Shown piece after piece: positions 36,791 through 45,611 of a stretch of DNA of 64,000 nucleotides. The DNA comes from an uncultured Clostridia bacterium (GTDB lineage: Bacteria > Bacillota > Clostridia > Oscillospirales > Ruminococcaceae). The notes beneath the pieces are model-generated. The model was not told where the DNA came from. It worked only from the letters and a program-made list of their open reading frames with translations, and did not search any database. Location: the NCBI GenBank assembly GCA_947631535.1, contig CANRLU010000001.1, positions 19,532 through 83,531 on the forward strand, read 5' to 3'. Position 1 is the stretch's first letter. Each line of letters begins with the position of its first letter. The position numbers were made by a program, and so were the translations under genes.

Positions 36791-37177
36791 CTATTCCTCC
36801 GTCACCTTCTGCCCGTCTTTGAGCGGTGCGCTCGTATGAACTACCGTCGGGGCGCTCGAATAGCCCTCCGCCTCGACCGTAACATAGCCGTCGCCGAAAT
36901 AGCCGCTCTCATCGGGCTCGCAGCGGGTCAGGCGGACTTTCGTAACGGTGAGTATCTCTGCAGAAAAGCCCTCCTCGCTCTCGACAGTGAAGATGTAGTC
37001 GCCGTCCGGCTCGCTGAAAATCGCGCTCTCGGGCAGGAGTATCATATCGTCTATGCGGAGCGGGCGGTCGAGCTCTACCGTCGGCTTTGTCGAATAATAG
37101 AGCTTTTCGCCGAAAAAAGTGAAGAAGATGATTATTGCGCAGAAAATAACGCTTGCGGCTGTAACTGCTTTTTTCAT
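36791..37177 (-). CDS. small N-terminally anchored protein of unknown function (last gene of the permease operon)
   Basis: 128 aa with one N-terminal TM (AVTAASVIFCAIIIFFTFF), then a beta-rich soluble domain. Its start overlaps the upstream stop by 4 nt. Confidence 0.5.
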   Translation of the reverse strand: MKKAVTAASVIFCAIIIFFTFFGEKLYYSTKPTVELDRPLRIDDMILLPESAIFSEPDGDYIFTVESEEGFSAEILTVTKVRLTRCEPDESGYFGDGYVTVEAEGYSSAPTVVHTSAPLKDGQKVTEE

Positions 37178-37944
37178 AGCTTATACGCCTCCATCGACTC
37201 TTCGAGCGTTTCGCGGAACATAACGAAGAGCATTATTATCGGGAACATATAGACAGTTCCGCCGGCATATCGAACGTTTTCGGGGATATCCCCGAGGACG
37301 ACCGAGAGAGGGTATATCCCCGTGTTTTCCATCGAGAAGATAAGCGCCTGATCGATCATATTCCAGCTCTCGCAGAAAATCAGTATCGCGAGCGAAACGA
37401 CGGCGGGCTTGATTTGCGTGAGTATCGCACAGCGGAATGTCCTTATCACCGACGAGGTCTCAAGAAGAGTGTAGTCAATAAGGTCGTTGGGGACCGTTTT
37501 CATAAACTGCCGCAGCAAAAAGACCGCGAACGGCGAAAACATCATCGGGACGGTGAGCGCAAGAGGTGTGTTGAGCATATTGAAGTCGCGGAGCTGAATG
37601 TAATTCGGCAGGAGCGTAGCCTGAAACGGCAGGAGCATCACGAGAATAAACACAAAGAACAGCGCGTCGCGCCCCTTGAAATTCACCTTTGCAAAGAGGA
37701 ATCCGAGAGGAAGCGAGACCGCTATACTCACCGCGGTTATCACGGCGGCGTAGAAGACCGAGTTCCAGAAGAAATCGAGATAAGTAAAGTTTGTTACGAA
37801 GAGCTCCCAGTATTGCACGAGGCCGATTTTGCCTTCAAACGAAAACGATTTCAGTGCCGTACTTATCACCGGTATAACAAAGAGCACCGCGAGAACTGCC
37901 AAAACCGTCAGCCTAAGGACCGCAAAAACACTTTTCTTTTTCAT
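37174..37944 (-). CDS. ABC transporter permease (MalG-like) with a degenerate EAA loop
   Basis: 256 aa, 6 TM, binding-protein-dependent permease architecture. The position of the EAA motif reads LETSSVIRTFRCAILTQIKP and lacks the usual EAAxxDGA. Confidence 0.7.
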   Translation of the reverse strand: MKKKSVFAVLRLTVLAVLAVLFVIPVISTALKSFSFEGKIGLVQYWELFVTNFTYLDFFWNSVFYAAVITAVSIAVSLPLGFLFAKVNFKGRDALFFVFILVMLLPFQATLLPNYIQLRDFNMLNTPLALTVPMMFSPFAVFLLRQFMKTVPNDLIDYTLLETSSVIRTFRCAILTQIKPAVVSLAILIFCESWNMIDQALIFSMENTGIYPLSVVLGDIPENVRYAGGTVYMFPIIMLFVMFRETLEESMEAYKL

Positions 37945-38783
37945 CAGAACGTCCCCTCCGACATTTTGTTCTCAAGCTTATACCACAAGAATATCACCAG
38001 CGCCATAGCAAGAGTAAATATAACGACGGCGGTCGAGAGGTTCTGGTAGTTGAGCTTGTAGAAGTGGTTATTCATATAGTTCTGTATCATATAAGCGGCG
38101 TCAGGCGGGTAGTTTGAGTTGTAGTAGAGGTAGCTCTCCTTGAAGATCTTCAGCGAATTTACAAAGCTCAGCACTCCCACGAAGAACAGACTCGGGGAAA
38201 TCAGCGGAAGGGTTATCTTTGTGTGGAGCTTAAACCCGTGGGCGCCGTCGAGGGCGGCGGCCTCGTACACCTCCGGAGCTATTTTTGTGAGCGCCGAGGT
38301 GATGAGGATAATGTTTATCCCGATGTTTTTCCAGAGGAAGATGACATAGAGCGGAAGAACGTCGAAGAAGCCGCCTATCCCCTCGATTTCGGTCAGGGCG
38401 GTATAGGTTCCGGTGTCGAAGAACATCTGCCAGAAGAAGATTATGCTCGCCGAGGGAAGGACATAGGGCATTACGAAAAAGCTCTTGATGAACGAAAACC
38501 GCTTAGAGAGCTTTACGAGCGCCACCGACAGCGCGAGCGACAGAAGCATTATGACCGCGACGCCGACTACGGAGAATATAACGGTGTTTTTGAGCGCCAT
38601 TTGAAAATATTTATTTGCAAACACTTCTTTGTAGTTATCAAACCAAACAAATTCCCTTTTTACCACGCTTCCGACGAACGAATAGCCTATGCTTCTGAAA
38701 AAGGGTATGATGTAAAACACCATAAATCCCGCCAGCGCGGGCAGACTTAAAAGCAGGGTCTTGAGCCTGAATTTTCGGGTCAT
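37944..38783 (-). CDS. carbohydrate-type ABC transporter permease (MalF-like)
   Basis: 279 aa, 6 TM, canonical EAA loop YEAAALDGAHGFKLHTKITLPLISP. Confidence 0.8.
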   Translation of the reverse strand: MTRKFRLKTLLLSLPALAGFMVFYIIPFFRSIGYSFVGSVVKREFVWFDNYKEVFANKYFQMALKNTVIFSVVGVAVIMLLSLALSVALVKLSKRFSFIKSFFVMPYVLPSASIIFFWQMFFDTGTYTALTEIEGIGGFFDVLPLYVIFLWKNIGINIILITSALTKIAPEVYEAAALDGAHGFKLHTKITLPLISPSLFFVGVLSFVNSLKIFKESYLYYNSNYPPDAAYMIQNYMNNHFYKLNYQNLSTAVVIFTLAMALVIFLWYKLENKMSEGTF

Positions 38784-38786
38784 AAT

Positions 38787-39101
38787 TCACTCCTCTATTC
38801 TCTTTGATACCTCAGCGGCGGCCTTTTTGGCAAGCTTTTCTATCTCTTTATAAGGGTCCTGCGAAGCCGCGATGTCGGACCTGCCCATTCCGTCCCTCGT
38901 GACGGCGTTCTTTGCTTCGGGCAAAGGAGCAATAACCTCCGCTTCGTTATATTTCCAGTTTACAACTGGGTTTTCAAGCTCTTCCTCCGTTAATTCCGGC
39001 GCGCTTGGGGCGGTGTGGTCATAATAGTCCTGATCCTCCGAGGAGGTTTTTTCGAGCTTATAGACGACGTTTGTGACGTTTTTGCTTATATCCGTCTGCA
39101 T
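38787..39101 (-). CDS. small ORF homologous only to the C-terminal ~60 aa of the neighbouring lipoproteins (stand-alone tail or gene remnant)
   Basis: 104 aa with no signal peptide. ...NPVVNWKYNEAEVIAPLPEAKNAV...YKEIEKLAKKAAAEVSKRIEE aligns with ...YAEWRCRPLDIIAPIFEARSAV...LKKLAKEAAGKVAMRMGE of the 39174-40997 product. Confidence 0.4.
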   Translation of the reverse strand: MQTDISKNVTNVVYKLEKTSSEDQDYYDHTAPSAPELTEEELENPVVNWKYNEAEVIAPLPEAKNAVTRDGMGRSDIAASQDPYKEIEKLAKKAAAEVSKRIEE

Positions 39102-39173
39102 AAGGCTTGACCGAAAACTTTTGAGTTTTACGTGCCTATATCAAGTATATCTATTTTCTCCGATGCCGTCGCC

Positions 39174-40997
39174 TCACTCCCCCATTCGCATGGCGACTTT
39201 GCCTGCGGCCTCTTTGGCGAGCTTTTTGAGGTCGGAAGAGCTCATTCCGCCGTTTTGATTCCGAACGGCGCTGCGGGCTTCAAATATCGGGGCGATGATG
39301 TCGAGCGGCCTGCACCGCCATTCCGCATAGCAATTTTCGGTGGACTCGAGAGTCGGATAAAGCCCGCTCTCGGGAACGAGTCCCGGAACATCGCCGCTGT
39401 ATGCGTCGAAAAGATACTCCAGGAATTTTAATGCGTTGTCGCGGTTTTGCGACTTTTGGTTGAGCATATACACGTTTGTGCTGAGAATTGTAACCTCGTC
39501 CCCGAAGGGCATCTTCTTTCTGCTGCCGGTGGGGTTGTCGTTCAGATACTTTAGCAGCTTATACAGCTCGTCGCCGCTCTGGTCGGAATATCTCGCCTCG
39601 GCTACATCTACGTTTTTCGCAAGGTAGATATTCTCGGAAATGACCAGCGAATAACTGTAGCTGCTGCCGTCCTCGGGGAAGTTTTCTTCGGAGCTGTAAT
39701 TCGAGATACCCGTCGGCACGCCGAAATATTTGCCGTCATAGCTTGCCACCAGAGCGGCTGCGGCGTTGCCGGATATCTTCTCGCCGAGGCTTTCGACCTC
39801 TTTCAGATCGACGCATACGCCCGCGTCAACATAGCTGTGATAATTCGAGCTCGGACTGAAGATGTCAAAGTCATCGTCGCCCGCCATAAGCTTTACGGCG
39901 AGCTTGTCGTAATCGGTATACGCCTCTTTTACCAATATGCCCGTCTCTTTTTCAAAGCCGTAGATGACATCGTCTCCGTTAATATGATGACAGAGAATAC
40001 TTATGCTCTCGGGCGGGTTGAGGCAGTCATAAACGCGGATACCGACGTCGGAGGTCGAAATTGCCGTGACGACATTTTCATACGCTCCGAGGAAGAATTT
40101 TGTCCCGTAAGGAACGCCGAAATAATAGCGGTCGAGCAGCATTTTGTCCGTATCGTCAAGGGAAAATTCGGTAATGCATACCGGCACATCGCCCTCCCTG
40201 CCCGCTCCGCTTCCGAATACGAGCACTGTATCGGTCTTTGGGCGGTAGACCACTGCAGGCCTGTCGCCAAGCTCGCTGTCACTGCCGAGCTGTCGCAGCG
40301 TTTCGCTCTTGCCCGTCTCGGCGTCAAATACGTTAAGATCCACGCTCGGAAATACCGTGCCTACGGTCACCGTGAGCACCTTGTTGCCCTTATAGGGAAA
40401 CACCCTTGTGACCGTCGTCTTTTTTGAAAGGATAAACTCCCCGCCGCTGCGGGAATACACGAATAAATGCGGCTCCATCATCATAGTTCCCGGGATCGTG
40501 CAGATAAAGACGTAGTAATCGTCGGTGACGGAAAGCCTCTCCACGGAATGGACGTCCTCTATCTCAAGCGTGAGTTCATTGATAAGGCTTCCCGAAGCGT
40601 CATACTCCGACAAAACCGAGCTTCCGGCGGAATATGTAAAGACCCCGCCGCCGTGAACGGCGAGCATTTCCGCGTCGGTCTCAAACAGTCTGCCCGACTC
40701 CCCCGATATTATGTCGAGGCTGTAAACCGCGCCGTCCGCAAGAAAATAAAGCGTTTCTTCCGACTGGGCCATATCGGCGATGTCGCTTGCGGATATCGGC
40801 AGGGCGAGCCCCTCGGCGGCGGTGACGGCGTTATACGAAACGCTCCTGCCGAAAACCGAGCTCTCGGCCTTCTCCGACGAAGCTGCGGGAACGTTCCTGC
40901 TTTTTTCCGAGACGTCCGCGGGGTTTTGCTCGACGCAGGAGCAGAGCATAAGAAGCGAAATGAACGCCGCGGCGATCTTTCTTAAATTCACTGTCAT
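39174..40997 (-). CDS. lipoprotein, N-terminal repeat-rich domain plus solute-binding-like C-terminal domain (paralog 2)
   Basis: MTVNLRKIAAAFISLLMLCSC signal. Contains LDIISGESGRLFET, KLMAGDDDFDIF, GDELYKLLKY, ALKFLEYLFD and the tail LKKLAKEAAGKVAMRMGE. Confidence 0.7.
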   Translation of the reverse strand: MTVNLRKIAAAFISLLMLCSCVEQNPADVSEKSRNVPAASSEKAESSVFGRSVSYNAVTAAEGLALPISASDIADMAQSEETLYFLADGAVYSLDIISGESGRLFETDAEMLAVHGGGVFTYSAGSSVLSEYDASGSLINELTLEIEDVHSVERLSVTDDYYVFICTIPGTMMMEPHLFVYSRSGGEFILSKKTTVTRVFPYKGNKVLTVTVGTVFPSVDLNVFDAETGKSETLRQLGSDSELGDRPAVVYRPKTDTVLVFGSGAGREGDVPVCITEFSLDDTDKMLLDRYYFGVPYGTKFFLGAYENVVTAISTSDVGIRVYDCLNPPESISILCHHINGDDVIYGFEKETGILVKEAYTDYDKLAVKLMAGDDDFDIFSPSSNYHSYVDAGVCVDLKEVESLGEKISGNAAAALVASYDGKYFGVPTGISNYSSEENFPEDGSSYSYSLVISENIYLAKNVDVAEARYSDQSGDELYKLLKYLNDNPTGSRKKMPFGDEVTILSTNVYMLNQKSQNRDNALKFLEYLFDAYSGDVPGLVPESGLYPTLESTENCYAEWRCRPLDIIAPIFEARSAVRNQNGGMSSSDLKKLAKEAAGKVAMRMGE

Positions 40998-41014
40998 AAA
41001 AATCCCTCCTCAAA

Positions 41015-42784
41015 TTATTCACCTATCCGCATAGCGGTCTCGGCGGCCGCCTCTTTGGCGAGCTTTTTAAGCTTGCCTTTATCGGTGACGGTTCCGTATC
41101 GCGCGGAATTATAAGCCTCAAACAGCGGCCCGACTATGCTCCACGGCCGAAAGACTATCTCGGTATAAACGTTTTCAGCGTCCGAAAGCTCGGGGTAAGG
41201 ATACATAAGCGGGCTCGGGGAATATCCCCCTCCGCCCGTAAAAGGCTTTTCGGCTCCGCTGTAAACGTCGAAGGCATATTCCAGAAAATCGGCGGCAAGC
41301 TCCTTTTTCTCCGAGGCGGGGTTTATCATAAGATATTCCGAGCTCAAAATGCTGTAGGGAAAGTCGTAATAGGCCTTTTGGGGCTCGGGATCTTCGGCGG
41401 CAAACTTCATGATCTTATAGAGCTCACTGCCGTCGGGATCGGAAAAGCGCATATTCAGGGCGTCAACGTTTTTTATGCAATACTGCTCTATGGCCGTGAA
41501 GCCCGAGACGTTTTCAAGGCAGTCGGCCTCAAGGCTGACGCCATACGGCAGGCCTACATATTCGCCGTTGAGGCGGCAGGCGAGCTCTGCCGCGGCGTTC
41601 GAGCCTATCTTTCGGCTCAACGGCTCAAAACCGTCGAGCGCGGCATACATATGCGAGTCCACAAACAGACAGCCGTCCGTCGAAAGGGTGCTGAAAATGT
41701 CTATGTCGCTGTCGCCCGCCATAAGCTTAAGGCTGAGCCTTGTGCGGTCGTCGTTATAGCAGACAGTTCTCACCGTGACCCCGCGCGACATTTCGTAGCC
41801 GAGAATTATCGTCTCAAGGTCGATGTTCTGCGCGCTGTCTTCTCCGATGTAAGCAAGAGTCACAGATTCCGGAGGAGTTTCGTAGTCATACCGGCGGTAG
41901 ACGCCGCCTGAGATCACCGAAACTATATTCTCATAAACCGAGATATGCTTTTTGACCCACAGATTTATGTCAAACTTCGCGAGCACGCCGTTGTCTTCGC
42001 TTTCAAGGTCGTATTCGCAAAGCAGGGAGAGCCCGCCCGGCCCGCTCCCGAGGACTATTGCCGTCCCGCTTTTGGGGTTATAGGCGATGTCGAAGGCCTC
42101 GGATATCAGCGGCAGGTCTCTGAGCTTCTTAAGGGAGCCTTTTTCGGCGTCGAGCTCGTAAAGAGAGCTCCCGTAGGCGGCGTCGCCGGCGCAGACGAGC
42201 GCCTTGTTCCCTCCGCAGGCGCATATTGCTTTGGTGAACTTTTTTGCCGGAATCTCATTCATTTTCGAGCCGTCGCTGCGGTCAAGACATATAAACTTGC
42301 CGCCGCAAAGAAGTATAACGCAGCCGTCGCAGGCGGCAATATCGCTAACTCCGCCGCTCGGTATCCCTAAAACTTCGCAGCTCTTCAAAAGCTCGCCCGA
42401 AGCGCCGTAAACGTCAAAGCCCGAAGCATCGGCGTCAAGAAGCACGAGCTCGTTCCCGCAGGCCGCCATATGCTCCGAAGAGGTCTCAAAGAGCTTTGAA
42501 GACTCCCCCGTTTCGAGGTCGAGCAGGTGCAGCGCTCCGCCGCCGAGAATGTAAAGCCGCTTTTCCGTCTGCGCTATATCAGCGATATCCTCTGCGGGCA
42601 GCTTAAGGCCGTCGGCCGGAGTAAAAGAACTGTAATCTGCGTTTTTGCCGAATATCGAGCTTTTTACAGGCCGGGCCGTTCCCTTTGACTGCGTGCGGCT
42701 TTGGACGTTTTCTTCCCCGAAAGCGCAGGACGAAAGCAGCAAAAGCGCCGCTGCGGCCGCGAATATTCTTGACTTTGTGCTCAC
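41015..42784 (-). CDS. lipoprotein, N-terminal repeat-rich domain plus solute-binding-like C-terminal domain (paralog 3)
   Basis: MSTKSRIFAAAAALLLLSSC lipobox. Contains LDLETGESSKLFET, ISVYENIVS, YEMSRGVTVRTV, KLMAGDSDIDIF, AIEQYCIKNVD, GSELYKIMKF, ADFLEYAFD and the tail LKKLAKEAAAETAMRIGE. Confidence 0.7.
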   Translation of the reverse strand: MSTKSRIFAAAAALLLLSSCAFGEENVQSRTQSKGTARPVKSSIFGKNADYSSFTPADGLKLPAEDIADIAQTEKRLYILGGGALHLLDLETGESSKLFETSSEHMAACGNELVLLDADASGFDVYGASGELLKSCEVLGIPSGGVSDIAACDGCVILLCGGKFICLDRSDGSKMNEIPAKKFTKAICACGGNKALVCAGDAAYGSSLYELDAEKGSLKKLRDLPLISEAFDIAYNPKSGTAIVLGSGPGGLSLLCEYDLESEDNGVLAKFDINLWVKKHISVYENIVSVISGGVYRRYDYETPPESVTLAYIGEDSAQNIDLETIILGYEMSRGVTVRTVCYNDDRTRLSLKLMAGDSDIDIFSTLSTDGCLFVDSHMYAALDGFEPLSRKIGSNAAAELACRLNGEYVGLPYGVSLEADCLENVSGFTAIEQYCIKNVDALNMRFSDPDGSELYKIMKFAAEDPEPQKAYYDFPYSILSSEYLMINPASEKKELAADFLEYAFDVYSGAEKPFTGGGGYSPSPLMYPYPELSDAENVYTEIVFRPWSIVGPLFEAYNSARYGTVTDKGKLKKLAKEAAAETAMRIGE

Positions 42785-42886
42785 CGCGATTCCCCCTTGC
42801 CTTAAGTCTATCTTCAGGCGGCAAAAAGGTCAACCGCTGTGGCACAAACGGCCCGAAACCGTCACATTCTTTCGCTCGGCCCTGCT

Positions 42887-43888
42887 TTACTCCCTGAGAC
42901 GCATATCCACCTCGGACGCCGCGTCTTTGGCGAGCTTTTTAAGGGTGCTGTCCTTTCCGTCAGACTCGAGCGCCGCCGAATATGCGTCGATTATCGGGGA
43001 TCTTGCTTCGTTCATAAACTTCCAGGTCAGGTAAGCGTTTGACAGATCGGCGTCCCCGACATCGGGGTAAGGACCGGAATATGGCGTCTCGGGAAGACTC
43101 TCCACCGCGTCATACATTCTCTCCAAAAACAGCGCCGCATTGTCCTTATGCCTACTTTTCGGCGACATTATGCAGTAGGAACATTCCACAAAGTCAAAAT
43201 CAATATATTCCCTTGGGTCTTCCTTGACGTCGCCGCCGTTGTCGTATACATATCGGAGCACCTCACAGAGCTTTTTGCCGTCGGGGTCGGAAAAACTCTT
43301 CTCAAGAGCGTCAAGATTCTTTGCGCAGTAGTCCAGTATCGCAGGACTTGAATACTGAAATTTAAGCTGGTCGTTATATTTCAAAGACATCGGCAGGCCG
43401 ATATATTCCCCGTTATAGCCGGCGGCAAAATCAACGAGCCGATTCGAGGACATTCTGTCATTCAAGCCCTCGAACTGCTTAAGGTCGGTGTAAAAGCCGT
43501 TGAGAATGTACCCGCTGAAGTCAGAAGAAGCATCGATATAGAGGTCAAAGTCATCATCGCCCGCCATAAGCTTGGTGTTCAGCTTATAATGGTCGTCGAG
43601 ATCGTAGGTCACTATCTTTATATTCCAGCCCAGCTCTTCGGTTAGCGCATCGGCGACCTCCGACGTCGGCGCGGCGGAGTAATAGCGCAGTATCACGAGG
43701 TCGTAATCGTCGTAGTCGGTATCGCCGTCAGGTGTTTCTGCGGCCGTCGCTCCGGCAAGCTCTTCTTCTTTTCCCAGAGAGCCTTCGGACGCGGCGCTCC
43801 CCTTTGCGCAGGAAGAAAGCAGGATTACTGCTGACAATACGACAAGCAGCTTCGCAAAGAATTTTGCCGCCGATGATGTTTTTTTCAT
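42887..43888 (-). CDS. lipoprotein, solute-binding-like domain only (short paralog, first gene of the operon)
   Basis: MKKTSSAAKFFAKLLVVLSAVILLSSC lipobox. Contains KLMAGDDDFDLY, NGEYIGLP and AALFLERMYD. The tail is LKKLAKDAASEVDMRLRE. It lacks the ~300-aa N-terminal domain of the long paralogs. Confidence 0.7.
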   Translation of the reverse strand: MKKTSSAAKFFAKLLVVLSAVILLSSCAKGSAASEGSLGKEEELAGATAAETPDGDTDYDDYDLVILRYYSAAPTSEVADALTEELGWNIKIVTYDLDDHYKLNTKLMAGDDDFDLYIDASSDFSGYILNGFYTDLKQFEGLNDRMSSNRLVDFAAGYNGEYIGLPMSLKYNDQLKFQYSSPAILDYCAKNLDALEKSFSDPDGKKLCEVLRYVYDNGGDVKEDPREYIDFDFVECSYCIMSPKSRHKDNAALFLERMYDAVESLPETPYSGPYPDVGDADLSNAYLTWKFMNEARSPIIDAYSAALESDGKDSTLKKLAKDAASEVDMRLRE

Positions 43889-44035
43889 ATAAACGCCTCC
43901 GTTTCTGAAATTTTACAGCTTTGTTATAAACTCTTCCCCAAGGTAAGAGTCAATACCCGCGCGAAAATTTTGTAGAGGCAGACAAATCCGGCTCATTATA
44001 ATTATGCTTTTTAACGAACGGCCTCCCGCTCGGGC

Positions 44036-44064
44036 ATAAAAAAAGACCGCGGCTTTTCACCGCG
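44036..44064 (-). terminator. probable terminator after the GNAT gene
   Basis: Minus strand CCGCGG-TGAAAAG-CCGCGG followed by TCTTTTTTT. Confidence 0.45.
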
Positions 44065-44137
44065 GAAACGGTGAGCGGGCGGTCGGTTTTTAAGGGTTCG
44101 GCAGTTACTAAACGATTTTGCAGCTTTGAAATCGGGA

Positions 44138-44575
44138 TCATCTCAGGTGCTTTTCCATTGTGATCTCGTCTTCCCAACATTCTCCGGTCAATTCAAAGCC
44201 CAGCTTTTCATACATTCTTTTTGCGGCTTCATTTCCGTCGATGTAGCACAGAACGACCTTGTCAAATTTGCCGTCGCGCTCCATAAGCTTAAGTATCTGA
44301 CGCGCAGCTTCAATTCCAAAGCCCTGTCCTTGATAGCGCTCGTCAATAAAAAGTTGGCTGAAATCATATGCGTTCATTTCGTCCCAATCGTAATATAACG
44401 CCATTCCCACAGGAATATCGTCGTTATAAATGACAAAGGCATTGCTTCGGCTTTTCCGATATGCATATGCTCTTGCAAGAAGTCCTGCGCTGTCGGATAC
44501 ATAATTCCGTTGAGCCTCGGACACTTTCAACCCCAGTCTCCAATTATCGGGGTTGATTTCTTCTAATCTTATCAT
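44138..44575 (-). CDS. GNAT family N-acetyltransferase
   Basis: 145 aa. FIDERYQGQGFGIEAARQILKLM is the acetyl-CoA-binding motif A (Q/RxxGxG/A). Visibly lower GC than the neighbours. Confidence 0.75.
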   Translation of the reverse strand: MIRLEEINPDNWRLGLKVSEAQRNYVSDSAGLLARAYAYRKSRSNAFVIYNDDIPVGMALYYDWDEMNAYDFSQLFIDERYQGQGFGIEAARQILKLMERDGKFDKVVLCYIDGNEAAKRMYEKLGFELTGECWEDEITMEKHLR

Positions 44576-44606
44576 CGTTATTCCTCCAAAAATTGCGAAA
44601 ACAATT

Positions 44607-45566
44607 TCAGTCCTTGAGACATTCCGCGGTGAACCTGTCTACGGTTTCGCGGTATTTCTTTTCGTCCGCCAAAAACGCGGCCGCGTGAGGCGCGCCGGGG
44701 ATTATCAGCAGCTCCTTTTTTGAGGCGCAGGCCTCGTAGATCTTATAGGCCATTTCGCAGGGGACATAGCGGTCGTCGTCGCCGTGGATAATAAGTATGG
44801 GTATGTCGGTGCGCTTTACCGAGTTCACGGCAGTTGCCTCCTCGAGGTCGAGCTTTGCATAAATGCGGCAGGCGATCTTGAGCAGCGGCCAGCAGAGGGC
44901 CACCGGAAAACCTTCCTCCTTTGCCACCTTGCAGATTATCTCCTTTGGCGAGGAGTACCCGCAGTCGGCAACTATGCCCTTTACGTTTTTAGGCAGACCG
45001 ACGTCAGACGCCATAAGAACTGTCGCCGCGCCGAGGGACACCCCCGAAAGCATCACCTTGAGGTCGTCGCCGAAGCGCCCGACGGCGTAGTTGACCCAAT
45101 CGAGGCAGTCGTAGCGCTCGTTTACGCCGAAAGCGATAACGTTTCCGCCGCTCGCGCCGTTCGCCCTCTGGTCTGCGAGCAGTATATTCTGACCCTTTTC
45201 CTTGGCCATTTTAAAGCCGCCGCAGCCGTCGCGGAAAGAAGTCCCCTTGTAGCCGTGGAAGAATATGTTGATGACTTTTTGATCGGAAAAGCGGTAAAGA
45301 CGTCCTTTTAAGAGCGTTCCGTCGCGGGAAGAGCGGATCTCGACCCATTCAAACGGCTCGCTCTCGGCCTCTGAAACAAGCCCGTGCATCTGCGGCATCA
45401 TGCCGGCATACTGCTCGCCGCTCATTTCGATGTGGGGGTCGTTGTGGCGGAGCTTTTGCGCGTCGGAATGGTAGCAGGTAACGCGGAATGTCCTCACGGC
45501 GACGTAAACCGCAAAAGCTGCAAACGAGAGCAGGACTATGGCGGCGATTATTGCTAAAACGATCAT
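44607..45566 (-). CDS. alpha/beta hydrolase with N-terminal membrane anchor
   Basis: N-terminal TM MIVLAIIAAIVLLSFAAFAVYVAV. Nucleophile elbow GVSLGA. Downstream HGDDD and H near the C-terminus (PGAPHAAAF). Confidence 0.75.
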   Translation of the reverse strand: MIVLAIIAAIVLLSFAAFAVYVAVRTFRVTCYHSDAQKLRHNDPHIEMSGEQYAGMMPQMHGLVSEAESEPFEWVEIRSSRDGTLLKGRLYRFSDQKVINIFFHGYKGTSFRDGCGGFKMAKEKGQNILLADQRANGASGGNVIAFGVNERYDCLDWVNYAVGRFGDDLKVMLSGVSLGAATVLMASDVGLPKNVKGIVADCGYSSPKEIICKVAKEEGFPVALCWPLLKIACRIYAKLDLEEATAVNSVKRTDIPILIIHGDDDRYVPCEMAYKIYEACASKKELLIIPGAPHAAAFLADEKKYRETVDRFTAECLKD

Positions 45567-45611
45567 AGTATCACCTCAAAAATCAATATGGTAGTATGGT
45601 TGATAGAGCAT

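Noticed and set aside
44138-45566. GNAT acetyltransferase plus membrane-anchored alpha/beta hydrolase as a possible accessory or defence pair
   Set aside because: Both are common stand-alone enzyme families. They are separated by 31 nt with ordinary signals and have no flanking repeats or mobility genes. The GNAT gene has only mildly lower GC.
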